In this document: positions 1 through 9,981 of the stretch, in pieces
Layout: each line of letters opens with the position of its first letter
How positions within the stretch are numbered: position 1 is the first letter of the stretch
NCBI GenBank assembly: GCA_009859145.1
Contig: VRVR01000011.1
Location: forward strand, 74,097-138,096
Origin: Andalucia godoyi And28
Taxonomy: Eukaryota > Protista > Jakobida
Direction: 5' to 3'
Length of the DNA: 64,000 nt
Made by a program: the position numbers and the translations under genes
The notes under the pieces: model-generated
The model's input: only the letters and a program-made list of their open reading frames with translations
Databases searched by the model: none
What the model was told of the DNA's origin: nothing

Positions 1-153
1 CTTTTCTTTTCTTTTTCGTTTATCATCATCATCATTTTTTTAAATTTCAATTTAATGATATTTTCCCGTGCTTTATTATTCCCGTGCTTTTATTGTCTTC
101 TCGAGTTTCGCCACTGACCCGCCCACACACATTGTATATACCAGTTCGGAAGA

Positions 154-1353
154 TTGACGATGGGAGCGACGGTCCATGAAGAAGCATGGATCACTGCCCT
201 TTGTTTTGTGATCCTTGCGGTCTTCTTGAGCGTCCATTTGATTCTTCAGCATTTGCGGCACTTTACTCAACCGTCATCTCAGAAACACATTGTACGCATC
301 ATCATGATGGTTCCGATCTATGCAATTGACTCGTGGTGTGCCTTGCGGTTTCCGTCGCTGTCAATGTACCTTGATTCGATTCGAGATATGTACGAAGCGT
401 ATGTTTTGTACTGTTTTCTAGCCTTGATGATTGAATTTCTCGGAGGGGAAAATGCCCTGGTGTATCTGTTGTCGCAAAAGCCACCGATGAAGCTCCCTGT
501 TCCATTGGGACGAGTAACACCGGTTCAGCCAGGTCATCGGTTTCTGATGGTGTTGAAGATTGGGGTGCTGCAGTTTGTGCTGATCAAGCCGCTGCTTGCG
601 ATCCTTACGCTTGTCGCGGAAATGCATCACTCGTTTGAAGAAGGGCAGTTTAACCCTGGATCGCTGTATCTGTGGGTGACTACTATTGATAACGTTTCCA
701 TCACCGTAAGCATGTACTGTCTCATTGTGTTCTTCAAGGCCACACACGCAGATCTCAAAGCGTTCCATCCGTTGTTTAAGTTTCTTGCAATCAAGGCGGT
801 CATTTTTGCAACGTTCTGGCAAGGAGTCCTCATCGCCTTCCTTGTCTACTACGGTGTGATCACGGATATTGGAACGTGGTCCGCAGAAATGGTGTCGCAG
901 TCGCTGCAGGACTTTCTCATTTGCGTAGAGATGTTCATTGCATCGGTGTTCCATCTTGCGGCGTTTGATTATCACGAGTTTGTCACGGAAGATGAATCGA
1001 TAGCGAAGCGGCCGGTACTGCATTCCGTCCGCGAATCGTTTGGCATGCATGACTTCTTCACAGATGTGTTCCAGACGTTTGCTGGACTCCGCAGAGGCGC
1101 CGAACGGACGCGCGAGTTGCGCGAGTTCGAGCTGGTTTCGAGCGTTGAGGACATCCCAGAGTCTCCCGTGTACAATGCGGAAGACGGAGAGGTCAGTGGA
1201 TCGTACTACAGTGCCTATCCCTCTGGTCATGCAACCGTGGCCATGACCACAAGCTCGAGTTATGACTCTCAGCCGATTGCGGGCGGCAACCCTTCGCCTT
1301 CCGAACACGCATCATCATCTTCGTATGTCTCTCGCTCTCCCCCGTTCTCCTGA
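154..1353 (+). CDS. TMEM184: TMEM184 / organic solute transporter alpha (OST-alpha) family multi-pass membrane protein
   Basis: 399-aa ORF with about 7 hydrophobic segments and family-typical strings IVRIIMMVPIYAIDSW, RDMYEAYVLYCF, LQFVLIKP, KFLAIKAVIFATFWQG, QDFLICVEM; low-complexity Ser-rich tail. Confidence 0.88.
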   Translation: MTMGATVHEEAWITALCFVILAVFLSVHLILQHLRHFTQPSSQKHIVRIIMMVPIYAIDSWCALRFPSLSMYLDSIRDMYEAYVLYCFLALMIEFLGGENALVYLLSQKPPMKLPVPLGRVTPVQPGHRFLMVLKIGVLQFVLIKPLLAILTLVAEMHHSFEEGQFNPGSLYLWVTTIDNVSITVSMYCLIVFFKATHADLKAFHPLFKFLAIKAVIFATFWQGVLIAFLVYYGVITDIGTWSAEMVSQSLQDFLICVEMFIASVFHLAAFDYHEFVTEDESIAKRPVLHSVRESFGMHDFFTDVFQTFAGLRRGAERTRELREFELVSSVEDIPESPVYNAEDGEVSGSYYSAYPSGHATVAMTTSSSYDSQPIAGGNPSPSEHASSSSYVSRSPPFS

Positions 1354-1777
1354 AGGATCGTTCCCCCGCCCTTTTTTTAATTGAATTATTTTCAGTTTCT
1401 TTTTATCGCGTCATCGTTTCTAATTTATGCTTTCCAATATTCGTGTTCATGCAGGAATCGTGTTCTTAGCAGGTTTCATGTTGGAGGGTCGTCCTCGAGA
1501 TGACGAAAGAGATTCCTGATTTCGGTTTGTCCTGCTGTCCTCATAGTCTCTGCTTGCTTCTTCTCAGCATCCCCCCTAAGTCATGAAGTGTTTTCGACGG
1601 CGTCGTTTCCACCGCGCTGATCGCGCGCGCACCACCTTGATTTTTTTGATTTGTACTGTGTTACTTCGTATTCTAGATTTCTGTAAATTAAATTATGACT
1701 GTTTTGAATCCGTGCGTCCTGCTGCGGGAGAACGAGTAACGACACCAATCCTCTTGACGTCGTCGCCGTCGTCAAAC

Positions 1778-1868
1778 CAATCCAATCCAACCCAAATCAA
1801 ATCAAATCAAATCAAATCAAATCAAATCAAATCAAATCAAATCAAGCCAAAACGAAACGAAACGAAAC
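1778..1868. repeat. Pentanucleotide microsatellites (CAAAT/CAATC)n followed by (AAACG)n
   Basis: Read directly from the sequence, 3' of the minus-strand RRM gene. Confidence 0.9.
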
Positions 1869-1879
1869 AGGGTCCATTG

Positions 1880-2343
1880 TCATTCTGCCAGAAAATGCGA
1901 CACTTCGGACCGGGTGCTGTAGCGAACATGGACCTCTGCGCCACTCCACTCGGACAAGTGCAAGTTCTCAATCGCCTGGAATGCATCGTCAGCATCATCA
2001 AACGCAATCAAAATAGCCCGTTTTGCTAATCGCCGTCACAGGAAGGAAAAAAAAAAACCAACAAAAAACAACAAGACAAGACAAGCAAACGTGTGAGTTT
2101 CAAGCCGTGTTTAGAGAAAAAAACAAGCGATGTTGGCGTGCGCTCGAGAAAGCGAAAGAAAGAATAGGAGAAAAAAAAGTAAAAAGGAATTATAAAATAT
2201 AAAATAAAATTCATACGGGTGGGAATCACGACGACGTGACTGATGGGGCCAAAGGGCAATGCCAAATTGTACGCCGAGGTCTCGTCCAGTTCTTGTTTCG
2301 CATTTCGCAGCTTGACGACTATCACCCTCTTTTCGTCCAACAT
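1880..2343 (-). CDS. Two-exon single-RRM protein resembling the cyclophilin E (PPIE) N-terminal RRM; exons 2343-2217 and 2025-1880
   Basis: Manual splice: donor GTATGA at 2216, acceptor ATTAG ending at 2026, phase 1. Product MLDEKRVIVVKLRNAKQELDETSAYNLALPFGPISHVVVIPTPKRAILIAFDDADDAFQAIENLHLSEWSGAEVHVRYSTRSEVSHFLAE. PFGxI and DAxxAIxNxxxSExxG resemble PPIE-type RRMs. Confidence 0.7.
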
Positions 2344-2694
2344 TGCCACGGTACTCTCGTTTCTTCGCGAGGCTCTCTGTCCGCTGTCGTGCCTGCGTGC
2401 GTGTGAGCTTCTTTTCTGCGAGGAGAACAAGACAAAGCAAAACGAAAGATGCTTTTTGTCAAAAAGAATTAAAAAACGGACTGTAGTGCGAAGGCCCCGG
2501 TGACATGCAGCATCAATTGCGTCTACAAGGCTGTGCTCGCTGAATCTCGTGTCTCCTCCTCGAGCAGTTTCTGCATTTTGGATAATTTTTGTTGTTTGGA
2601 TTTATTTTTCGTGATCTACATCGTGTCTAAGCGATTTTGATATGAAGAGAGAGAGAGAGGGAGATAGGGAGAGAGTGTGAATGGGAAGTACCGG

Positions 2695-4767
2695 ATGAAT
2701 AACGCACCTTTTGAGTTTCCCTTTCCTTTTCCTCATCATGAAGATGTAGCACAAATCGGAAAAGGTTTGAAGGCTTCATTTGGTCTCCGAGCGGTCGGAA
2801 GTGTGCAGCTTTGCGGGACAGTGCCATCGTTTCGCCGTTTCTCCCCGTGTTTCGAGTCCAGTGCGGTCCATCAGTTTATGCACGTGACGAAGCGGGACGA
2901 AATTCCATCCTTCCTTCACTCTATCCCAAGAGAAGCGATCGAATACTGTGAGAAGGCGGTTTTGGCATCTGTGCATGCTCCGAAATTGCGCTTCTCAAGG
3001 AATTTTAGAGGCAAGAAGCTTGCGGTGTATCCAGATCCGCACAACGCTTCTGTTCCAATATGGACGACTATCCGCGGTCGAACTGCGAGGACGGAAGGAT
3101 CGCTGTGTCGTTTCCGACAGGGCTGCAAGTCTTCCTTGAAGCCGTTGTTCGTGGGCTCCGATCTCTGTTCCGTCAGTGCGGTGCAGTTTTACGACCATGC
3201 TCCGTTTCTGGCAGCTGAAACGTTGGGTGGAGCCGTGCTGGTGGCAAAAGACCAGTCCGTATGCCCCGTCGACGAGATGGACATGGAGGCCGTCTACAAG
3301 CCCAGGCTTGGGTCTTCTACAGAAATTGCGGTGGATCTGGCGATGAATCCCGTATTTCCAGAACTGTGTCTTCTTACGTCTCAATCAAAGTTGATAACAA
3401 TGCCATTGGATGCATGTGCCACTTCGTTTTCGGCTCGTCTGAATCTCCATCAGGATGCTCAGAACCGAGATGCGGCGGTTCTCTACGGCTCCCATCCTCG
3501 GTCGGTGTACATTATGACGCGCAATAGCCTCGTGGAGGTGGATACGCGGGTTGCCAAACTCACGTCTGCTGTCCCGAGAATGTCCCACTCTGGCATGGAT
3601 GCTCTCCAGTCTTTTATCCGTGCCAAACAGAACCCGTTTTTGCTTGCTGTTTCCCACGACAACGGCGTGTCGGTATTCGACACAAGGTATTGGTCTCAGC
3701 CCCTCCACAAATTCGCTGGCCATTTGCATGGCATCGAGCTCCTTGCATTTGTCGATACGGATCGCGTCGTCGTCGGCATGAATGAGAAGTCGCAGCTTTT
3801 TGGGATCGGACTTTCTCCCGCACTGCCTTTCCTTTCACCCACATTTCCACCTCGTACCACCCTTGAACTGGACCGTGCTGCAGGCTCGTGTGTATTTTCA
3901 GATCCATCAGATCCGAATGGAGCATTCGTGGTGGGCGTTCTTCTTGAAAGCGGAATGCTGTTGTCGCAGATGCTGTCTGTGGACTTCGATTTGGACAGCC
4001 AGCAAATGGATTTGGAAACTCCAGAGCTGTCGATTGAAGTTCCTCAGTCGTATTTGTTGGATCGCAATGCTTCTAAATCCTCCGTTCCGGATGCTCGCTC
4101 GACCTCCTCCGATGCATGCGTTCCGCTTCACATCGAAACTGATGTGCTTGACAAAGTTCTGACGGCCACCAGTGGGTGCGAGTCCTTTCTTAGTTCAGAG
4201 AGCGATGTCAGTGTTGGAGACGACATCCTTCTTCCTGTTCCGCAGGAGATTGCCCAGCAGATGTCGCCCGAACCCCGCAGTTCCTCGTGGGCTTTCGACG
4301 GATCCAGTCGCTTGTGGATCCCTCCGTGCTTGCTAGGTTCCGCGGAGGTACCGCCGATGATCGATATCGCCCAAGAGACGGCTCCTCCCTTCTCTCACCG
4401 TGTTGTTCGTTTAGCGGCTCGCGACTTTTCTTCTGAATATCAGAGACGCAAGATCAAGTCTGGGGGAACTACTTCTGGTTCGGATTCTGAACGTCGGCCG
4501 GGTCAGGCCCTCGAGAAACTTCGTTCGGAGCGCCGGCGCAGGATTGGAAGCAGGTACGAGACGAGCGATGCGTCACACCTTCTGTTGGGCCAAATTCTGC
4601 ATTCCCAATCCGAAGGAGCATACGACTCTGCATCCGATCCCAATCGGAATTCTCCGCGCACCCTGGCTCCAAAACGCAAGCGCAAGCGTCCAGAGCGGTC
4701 TGTTTTTGACGCCGATGACAACAATCTTCTTTCCTCGTCCTCTACATCAAAGCCGCGTCGTCGATGA
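2695..4767 (+). CDS. Putative TAF1C/Rrn6-like RNA polymerase I initiation factor (beta-propeller plus low-complexity C-terminus)
   Basis: Long ORF, first in-frame ATG at 2695. WD-like segments YGSHPRSVYIMTRNSLVEVDTR and NPFLLAVSHDNGVSVFDTRYWSQPL resemble the TAF1C propeller; basic C-terminal NLS PKRKRKR. Confidence 0.5.
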   Translation: MNNAPFEFPFPFPHHEDVAQIGKGLKASFGLRAVGSVQLCGTVPSFRRFSPCFESSAVHQFMHVTKRDEIPSFLHSIPREAIEYCEKAVLASVHAPKLRFSRNFRGKKLAVYPDPHNASVPIWTTIRGRTARTEGSLCRFRQGCKSSLKPLFVGSDLCSVSAVQFYDHAPFLAAETLGGAVLVAKDQSVCPVDEMDMEAVYKPRLGSSTEIAVDLAMNPVFPELCLLTSQSKLITMPLDACATSFSARLNLHQDAQNRDAAVLYGSHPRSVYIMTRNSLVEVDTRVAKLTSAVPRMSHSGMDALQSFIRAKQNPFLLAVSHDNGVSVFDTRYWSQPLHKFAGHLHGIELLAFVDTDRVVVGMNEKSQLFGIGLSPALPFLSPTFPPRTTLELDRAAGSCVFSDPSDPNGAFVVGVLLESGMLLSQMLSVDFDLDSQQMDLETPELSIEVPQSYLLDRNASKSSVPDARSTSSDACVPLHIETDVLDKVLTATSGCESFLSSESDVSVGDDILLPVPQEIAQQMSPEPRSSSWAFDGSSRLWIPPCLLGSAEVPPMIDIAQETAPPFSHRVVRLAARDFSSEYQRRKIKSGGTTSGSDSERRPGQALEKLRSERRRRIGSRYETSDASHLLLGQILHSQSEGAYDSASDPNRNSPRTLAPKRKRKRPERSVFDADDNNLLSSSSTSKPRRR

Positions 4768-4810
4768 CACACACACACACACACACACTCTCTCTCTCTC
4801 TCTCTCTCTC
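4766..4810. repeat. Compound (AC)n(TC)n microsatellite
   Basis: Directly visible just after the stop codon at 4767. Confidence 0.9.
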
Positions 4811-5000
4811 CGCGGACACACACTTGCCCGTCCGGCGTTTGTTAAATATTGGGATGTCGTTTGTTGTTTGCTTCCCCATTTTTGTTCCCCTCCTCTTTCA
4901 CGGGTGGCCTTGAAATGTATCTGATTGAACGACACGATATTTTAAAAAATGAAAGTAAAAGAAAATTTACTGTATTCGACAAACAAAACATGCATTGTAT

Positions 5001-5294
5001 TCAATTTTTTGGAAGATAGTCTTTTAGGATCGTATTCACCTTGAGAAACTGGCTCTTGTATGCTTTGATGCAAAAAAACTGCTCGGGAGTGTACTTGTAT
5101 CCGGATCCATGGACGAATGGTGCGTCAAACGTCGTCCATACTTGCTGCTCGTTGAAAAACAACGTCTCGTCTCTCCACTTAAACTGAAAAACACACCGAT
5201 TATCGCCATTATCAAACACAATATCAAGGATCTTGTCTGCTCCTGACGGTGTGATCGTAACCGTCAGTGGACCTTCCGTAATTATCTGACTCAT
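5001..5294 (-). CDS. Small hypothetical protein (97 aa), no recognisable family
   Basis: ATG-to-TAA ORF with ordinary globular composition (MSQIITEGPLTVTITPSGADKILDIVFD...), occupying an otherwise empty interval. Confidence 0.55.
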   Translation of the reverse strand: MSQIITEGPLTVTITPSGADKILDIVFDNGDNRCVFQFKWRDETLFFNEQQVWTTFDAPFVHGSGYKYTPEQFFCIKAYKSQFLKVNTILKDYLPKN

Positions 5295-5512
5295 CCAGTT
5301 TTTTCGTCCGTCCTACCTGCCTTGAATACTGAAACGCTCCTTGGTCCTTACTGATTGATTAGGTTTGACTTCTTTTGGGAGGCTGCGGCAAACCGGTGGG
5401 TTCCTCGACGAGCTGCCGGACTGCGCTTCTTTGCGGCCGTAGTCATATCGCAAGTCTCTTGATTTTCCTGTTCAGCTTTTTGAGCGTCAGTGTTTTCTCT
5501 CTTTTTCTGCTT

Positions 5513-5821
5513 CCGCTCGCCCAAAACATGAATCATGATTGGTCATCGGGCAAAGCGACAGGTCCAAGCCACATGTATTTATTTATTTATTTAAATATTT
5601 AGAGCGAGCACCAACTCTTCAATGCAGATTGCTCTGCATCAAAGAGCTATCGCAACCACGAGTTTCTTGGTTCTCAGCATCTTCGGGCATGGTCGGTTTG
5701 AGCTTGTTGGAAAGACCCCTCTTTGGAACCATGGGATGTTTTGGTTCCGATGAAAGGTGCTGCTTGGGGGGGTTCGACAATAATAATAAAAAAACTCAAA
5801 CAGAAAGTATGATGGAAAGAA
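5513..5821 (+). repeat. Dispersed ~310 bp structured element, copy 1 (candidate ncRNA gene or non-autonomous element)
   Basis: Near-identical to 21896-22202; differences seen are 4 substitutions and a 2-nt change in a G run; several perfect hairpins. Confidence 0.9.
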
Positions 5822-6001
5822 TAATAGAAAGGGAAAGAATGAAAGAAATTCTGGACTTGACCTACTGTAAGGAAATCGCGTCTCCCATAAGTCCAAGAGT
5901 AAAAAAGCTTCCGGTATGATGTTGTTTGTTTGACGTTCGTTGTTCGTACACAAAACGGTCAACCGTTGCATAAGAGGGAGCACTTGTAGTGGTGGGTTGA
6001 A

Positions 6002-9000
6002 ATGGATTTTCAAGCTACGCAGCTCCAGTTTGAAGAAGCGTCTCGTGGTGCAGCGGTCCAGTCCTCGAGTCGTGAAAGTTTTGAGCGATACTTGCTTGAA
6101 TGGCGTCATGCACGCCGTGCAGATTCGTTTTGTCGACATATTCTGGAGAATTCTCAGGTTCCAGAAGCTCTCTTTCATGCTGCACTGACCTTGAATTCGT
6201 GCATTGTGCGAGAATGGCCGTTGTTCTCTAGTTCAGAAAAACAGGAGTTGAAGCAGTTCTTGATCATGTACCTGTTGCAAAGGTCTGCGCTGGTTCCTTC
6301 ATTTGTTAAGTCACAGGTGTACAGGGTCTTATCCGTCATGATTAAGCGGTCGTGGTTTGAAGAGTCGGCGGAAGCAAAGAATGGATTCTTTATGCAGCTG
6401 ATGAGTGCGCTTTCAGGATCCGATATCCAAACCAGAAATGTCGCTCTCGGAGTATGGAATTCGCTGATTGACGAGTTTTCGTTTCGAGGAGCTTCCGCAC
6501 TTGGACTCTCCCTCGAATTTCACGAGCAATGTCGATTTTCATTCCAGGAAGGCTGTCTGCTTCCGCTGTTTGTTGCGCTGGCCGAGCTGCTGTCCGCTGC
6601 AGTGCAGCCAACGAATCCAGGAACTGTCGATTCGTCTGCGGATGTGATCGCGTCTTATGTCAATTTAATGTCGAATATCCTCCAGTGGGAGTTCATAGAA
6701 AACACTCAAAAGGCTGCGTACCTTCGAATGCGAGACCGCGGATCGACGTATGCATCGGCGTCGACTGCTTTAACTGCGAACGCCGTCGTGCGACCTCCGC
6801 AGTCTTGGAGGGCTGCGCTGGTGAACGCAAAGACAGTTTATGCACTGTGGTCTGCGCACCAGATTCTGTTTTCTTCTCCAAAGCATGCAGAGATGCCATC
6901 GCATCGCGTGCGAGAAGCGATCTTTCAGATGTGCTCCGTACGCGATGACTTTTTCACACAAGAGAGCAGCTTGTCGTTTGCAACAATGTACGTCGAGCTT
7001 GCACTCTCTCTTGGAGCGCTGTTCTTTGGGTACGCCAAGGCGAACGCAGATTCTGACGTCTGTGGATCCCTGCTCTATGATTCTGCTTTCCTGCTACGGA
7101 AAACATTTACGCACTTCCGGATTAATAAGAGCATGCTGAACTTGCTCGGTTCTGTGCGAGACTTTGCTGTGCAGTTGGTCAACTTTAGGCTAACGGACCA
7201 GACGTATGTGGACGACTCCGTGATTGGCGATGCACTGGAGTTGATTCTGGAAGCATGGGGAGAGATCGTCGCAAGTTACATGAATGTGCACTACCAGACT
7301 CACCGGTCCGTGCTTAATGAAGATCTGTACCAGCAGTTGCGCACTACTCTCCCGACGTACTGCGGCGATGTGTCCAAATCGTATTTGATGATGCAGCTGA
7401 GTCTTGGTCGCAAGGAGGTTCTCGAGTTACTTGGTGTCACGCAACGAAAGCAGGATTCGTCTCGCAGAGAAAAGGAGTGTGACGTGAAGGACGAGGAAGA
7501 GGATGCAGAAGAATATGTTATCGAAGATCGTTTGTCTTCCGTAGCCATTCTCGCGCGCCTGGACCCAGCAGGGATATTTACGTGGCTGGATCAAGCGTTT
7601 GGTCAAGTGACCACATCCTTGCTGCGTTTTTCAGAGATGAAAGTCGAGGATTCGACAGAGCTTGTGCTCTCCCAAGAAGATCTTTACTGGTGCATCATGT
7701 TTGCAGGGCATATCTTTGCGGACGATTGCGATGGCGAGACCCCCTCGCTATCGGACAGTTTTGTTTCATGGGCATCGCAGATCCCTGCATCGGAGGCTGC
7801 GACTTGCCCCATGTTCTCCGTTTTTGCGCGAATTCGGCAACTGGCAGAGTGGGAATTCTGCGGTCACTGCAACGGCCTTTCCTTTTCCGCACAAGCACCC
7901 CCAAACCCCTTTGTTTTAAATTACATTTCTCCTCGAATTTCCGAGGGTCTGTCTTGGTTCTTCGCAAGATGGATTCCCACGTATTTGCATGTTGATTTTG
8001 ACGAAATCATGACGTCGTCTGTTTCTCGCGAGTCTCTTCAGTCTTCTGTGTTGTCGCTTTTCACAGCTTCATCTCCGTATTCGTTTGAATTGGTCAACTG
8101 TCTTTTGGTCCGGTTGCTGTTTTGTCTGCAGACGATGCCGATGGAACCCGCAATAATGGACGCCCAGTGTTCGCTGCTTCAACGCTGCGCATCCAATTCT
8201 TCCATTGCACCGGTGATTGTGCGACTGCCTCTCTTTTGGTCAATTGTCGACAATGTGGCATCGAGCCGGGATGCTCACACCTTGGAAGTTCAACGGCAGT
8301 TGTACCGTGCCTTCGTAGAAATGTGCTCCAGTACTGGCTCGATTGAGGAAACCCAGCAGGCGCTCCAACGATGCCTAGCGCCTCTCCGACAGTTGGTAGA
8401 GACTGCGATATTTGGTGCACTTGGTGTTCAGGCAGACGGCACGTTCTCAGTTGTGCCTTCTGTGGAGACGATCGCGCGCAAGAAGGCGGTGGTTTGCATT
8501 GGCTTGGAACGGCTGCGTGGTGTTTGCCGTGGGTTTAATATGTTCCCTCGTCTGCAAGCATACCTCCCTCTGCTCGCCGGCCCGCTCTTCCGACTGTATC
8601 GCGATGACACCATGGTGTTGTCGTCCATCTCGCGGTTCTTCAAGGATTTTTGCGATGTCCAAGTCGGCTTTCTGGAGCCACAAGAATACATGTACACATG
8701 CAAGATCGTGTTGTCTCTCTTGCAGACGGCCCGTGATTGTGGGGTGGGGACACGCAAGAGCAAGGATGATACGGCCGATGATGATGTCATGATTCTCACG
8801 TCGTTTGTCGAGATCTTGTCGCATTTGTCGTCGAAATTCTATTTTGATGGCTCGTCGTCTGGAAACATTTCGGATGCAGAAGTCGAGGCTGTTGAGAAGG
8901 CGTCGACAGACGTGTTGTTTGAAGGTTTTGCATTGCTGATCCCGGTCCTTCGGTCGTCAAATCGATTATTGTTTGAGCACCTCGATCTGTCCTCCAGGTT

Positions 9001-9529
9001 TTTCGAGCTCCTGAATCAGACCCTTGATGTCCACACTGACAAACTAGCATCCATTTCCACTGGGTTGTTCTCTGCTCTGGTTGACACGGTGCACAATGCC
9101 TTGAACGTCCCGAGCAAGCTGATCGTCTCCAACAGCTTGGATGCTTGGTATGCTTTACTCAAGCATCACATCCAACAAGGCAGCCTTGCGCCGCAACTGG
9201 AGTACAACCCGCTTTTGTTCGAGCAATCCATGAGCGTCCTCATGCGCTGGGCAATGTTTGACGATTTGGATGCTTACCTCGTGAAGTCTCTTTCCCAGTG
9301 CATTCTGGCCCTTATGGTGTGCAACCAGACTGCCTTCCAACGATTCGCAGAAACCATGGTCAGTCAGGAGCAGTCGTCGCCGTACCGCGACCGAATGCTG
9401 GGTGCATTTCAGCGCATTGCCTCTGTCTCGGGATTCCGGCTTTCGATTGACAAGGATTCCCGAGAGAAGTTTGGGAGTGTCTTTGCGGGATTTATGGAAG
9501 AGGTCCGTGCGTTTGTCCGCACAAACTAG
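6002..9529 (+). CDS. XPO4: Exportin-4 family karyopherin
   Basis: 1175-aa helical-repeat protein; N-terminal importin-beta-like region (LFHAALTLNSCIVREW, VLSVMIKRSW, EFHEQCRFSFQE) and C-terminal FxxFxxEVRAFV typical of XPO4. Confidence 0.82.
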   Translation: MDFQATQLQFEEASRGAAVQSSSRESFERYLLEWRHARRADSFCRHILENSQVPEALFHAALTLNSCIVREWPLFSSSEKQELKQFLIMYLLQRSALVPSFVKSQVYRVLSVMIKRSWFEESAEAKNGFFMQLMSALSGSDIQTRNVALGVWNSLIDEFSFRGASALGLSLEFHEQCRFSFQEGCLLPLFVALAELLSAAVQPTNPGTVDSSADVIASYVNLMSNILQWEFIENTQKAAYLRMRDRGSTYASASTALTANAVVRPPQSWRAALVNAKTVYALWSAHQILFSSPKHAEMPSHRVREAIFQMCSVRDDFFTQESSLSFATMYVELALSLGALFFGYAKANADSDVCGSLLYDSAFLLRKTFTHFRINKSMLNLLGSVRDFAVQLVNFRLTDQTYVDDSVIGDALELILEAWGEIVASYMNVHYQTHRSVLNEDLYQQLRTTLPTYCGDVSKSYLMMQLSLGRKEVLELLGVTQRKQDSSRREKECDVKDEEEDAEEYVIEDRLSSVAILARLDPAGIFTWLDQAFGQVTTSLLRFSEMKVEDSTELVLSQEDLYWCIMFAGHIFADDCDGETPSLSDSFVSWASQIPASEAATCPMFSVFARIRQLAEWEFCGHCNGLSFSAQAPPNPFVLNYISPRISEGLSWFFARWIPTYLHVDFDEIMTSSVSRESLQSSVLSLFTASSPYSFELVNCLLVRLLFCLQTMPMEPAIMDAQCSLLQRCASNSSIAPVIVRLPLFWSIVDNVASSRDAHTLEVQRQLYRAFVEMCSSTGSIEETQQALQRCLAPLRQLVETAIFGALGVQADGTFSVVPSVETIARKKAVVCIGLERLRGVCRGFNMFPRLQAYLPLLAGPLFRLYRDDTMVLSSISRFFKDFCDVQVGFLEPQEYMYTCKIVLSLLQTARDCGVGTRKSKDDTADDDVMILTSFVEILSHLSSKFYFDGSSSGNISDAEVEAVEKASTDVLFEGFALLIPVLRSSNRLLFEHLDLSSRFFELLNQTLDVHTDKLASISTGLFSALVDTVHNALNVPSKLIVSNSLDAWYALLKHHIQQGSLAPQLEYNPLLFEQSMSVLMRWAMFDDLDAYLVKSLSQCILALMVCNQTAFQRFAETMVSQEQSSPYRDRMLGAFQRIASVSGFRLSIDKDSREKFGSVFAGFMEEVRAFVRTN

Positions 9530-9981
9530 ACAAGACAGATGGGTTTCCATTTTTGTACATTCACTCTTACAAATGTCTCCGAAATGACGGTGACGATGAT
9601 GATGAAGGAAAACGAAAAAGTAGAGAAGGAACGAAAATTTTACCCGAAAACGAGCCAGTGGCAGAAAGAAATAATAAAAGACAACAGAAACACCCGCAAC
9701 ACGATCCTTGCAACAGCACAACATCACGTTTCATGAACCTCATTTTTCTGTTTCCAGAGGAGTTTTCTCCTTCTCTCTCCCCTCCATCTCTCTCCCTCTC
9801 TCCCTCTTATCTCCCACACCCCTTCCTTTCTTTCTCTTCATGTCATGGTTCCGCACTTTGCATGCGGAGTGAAATCCAAAAGCCACGACGTTAAAAAAGG
9901 CCGGCGTCTACATCTTCTGTCAAGAATCTACGCATCGTCTTCGCTTCTTCAGCACCCAAAATACGGCAGAGAACAGGGCCC

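Noticed and set aside
63-94. Tandem duplication TTCCCGTGCTTT(T)ATT x2 upstream of TMEM184
   Set aside because: Only two short units; consistent with ordinary slippage
1440-1760. Possible small multi-exon gene or snoRNA between TMEM184 and the RRM gene
   Set aside because: Several short frames and splice-like sites, but no consistent model or C/D box pair
5765-5778. GGTTCGA B-box/T-loop-like string in the repeat, suggesting a tRNA or vault RNA
   Set aside because: No A box, cloverleaf or complete GGTTCGANTCC
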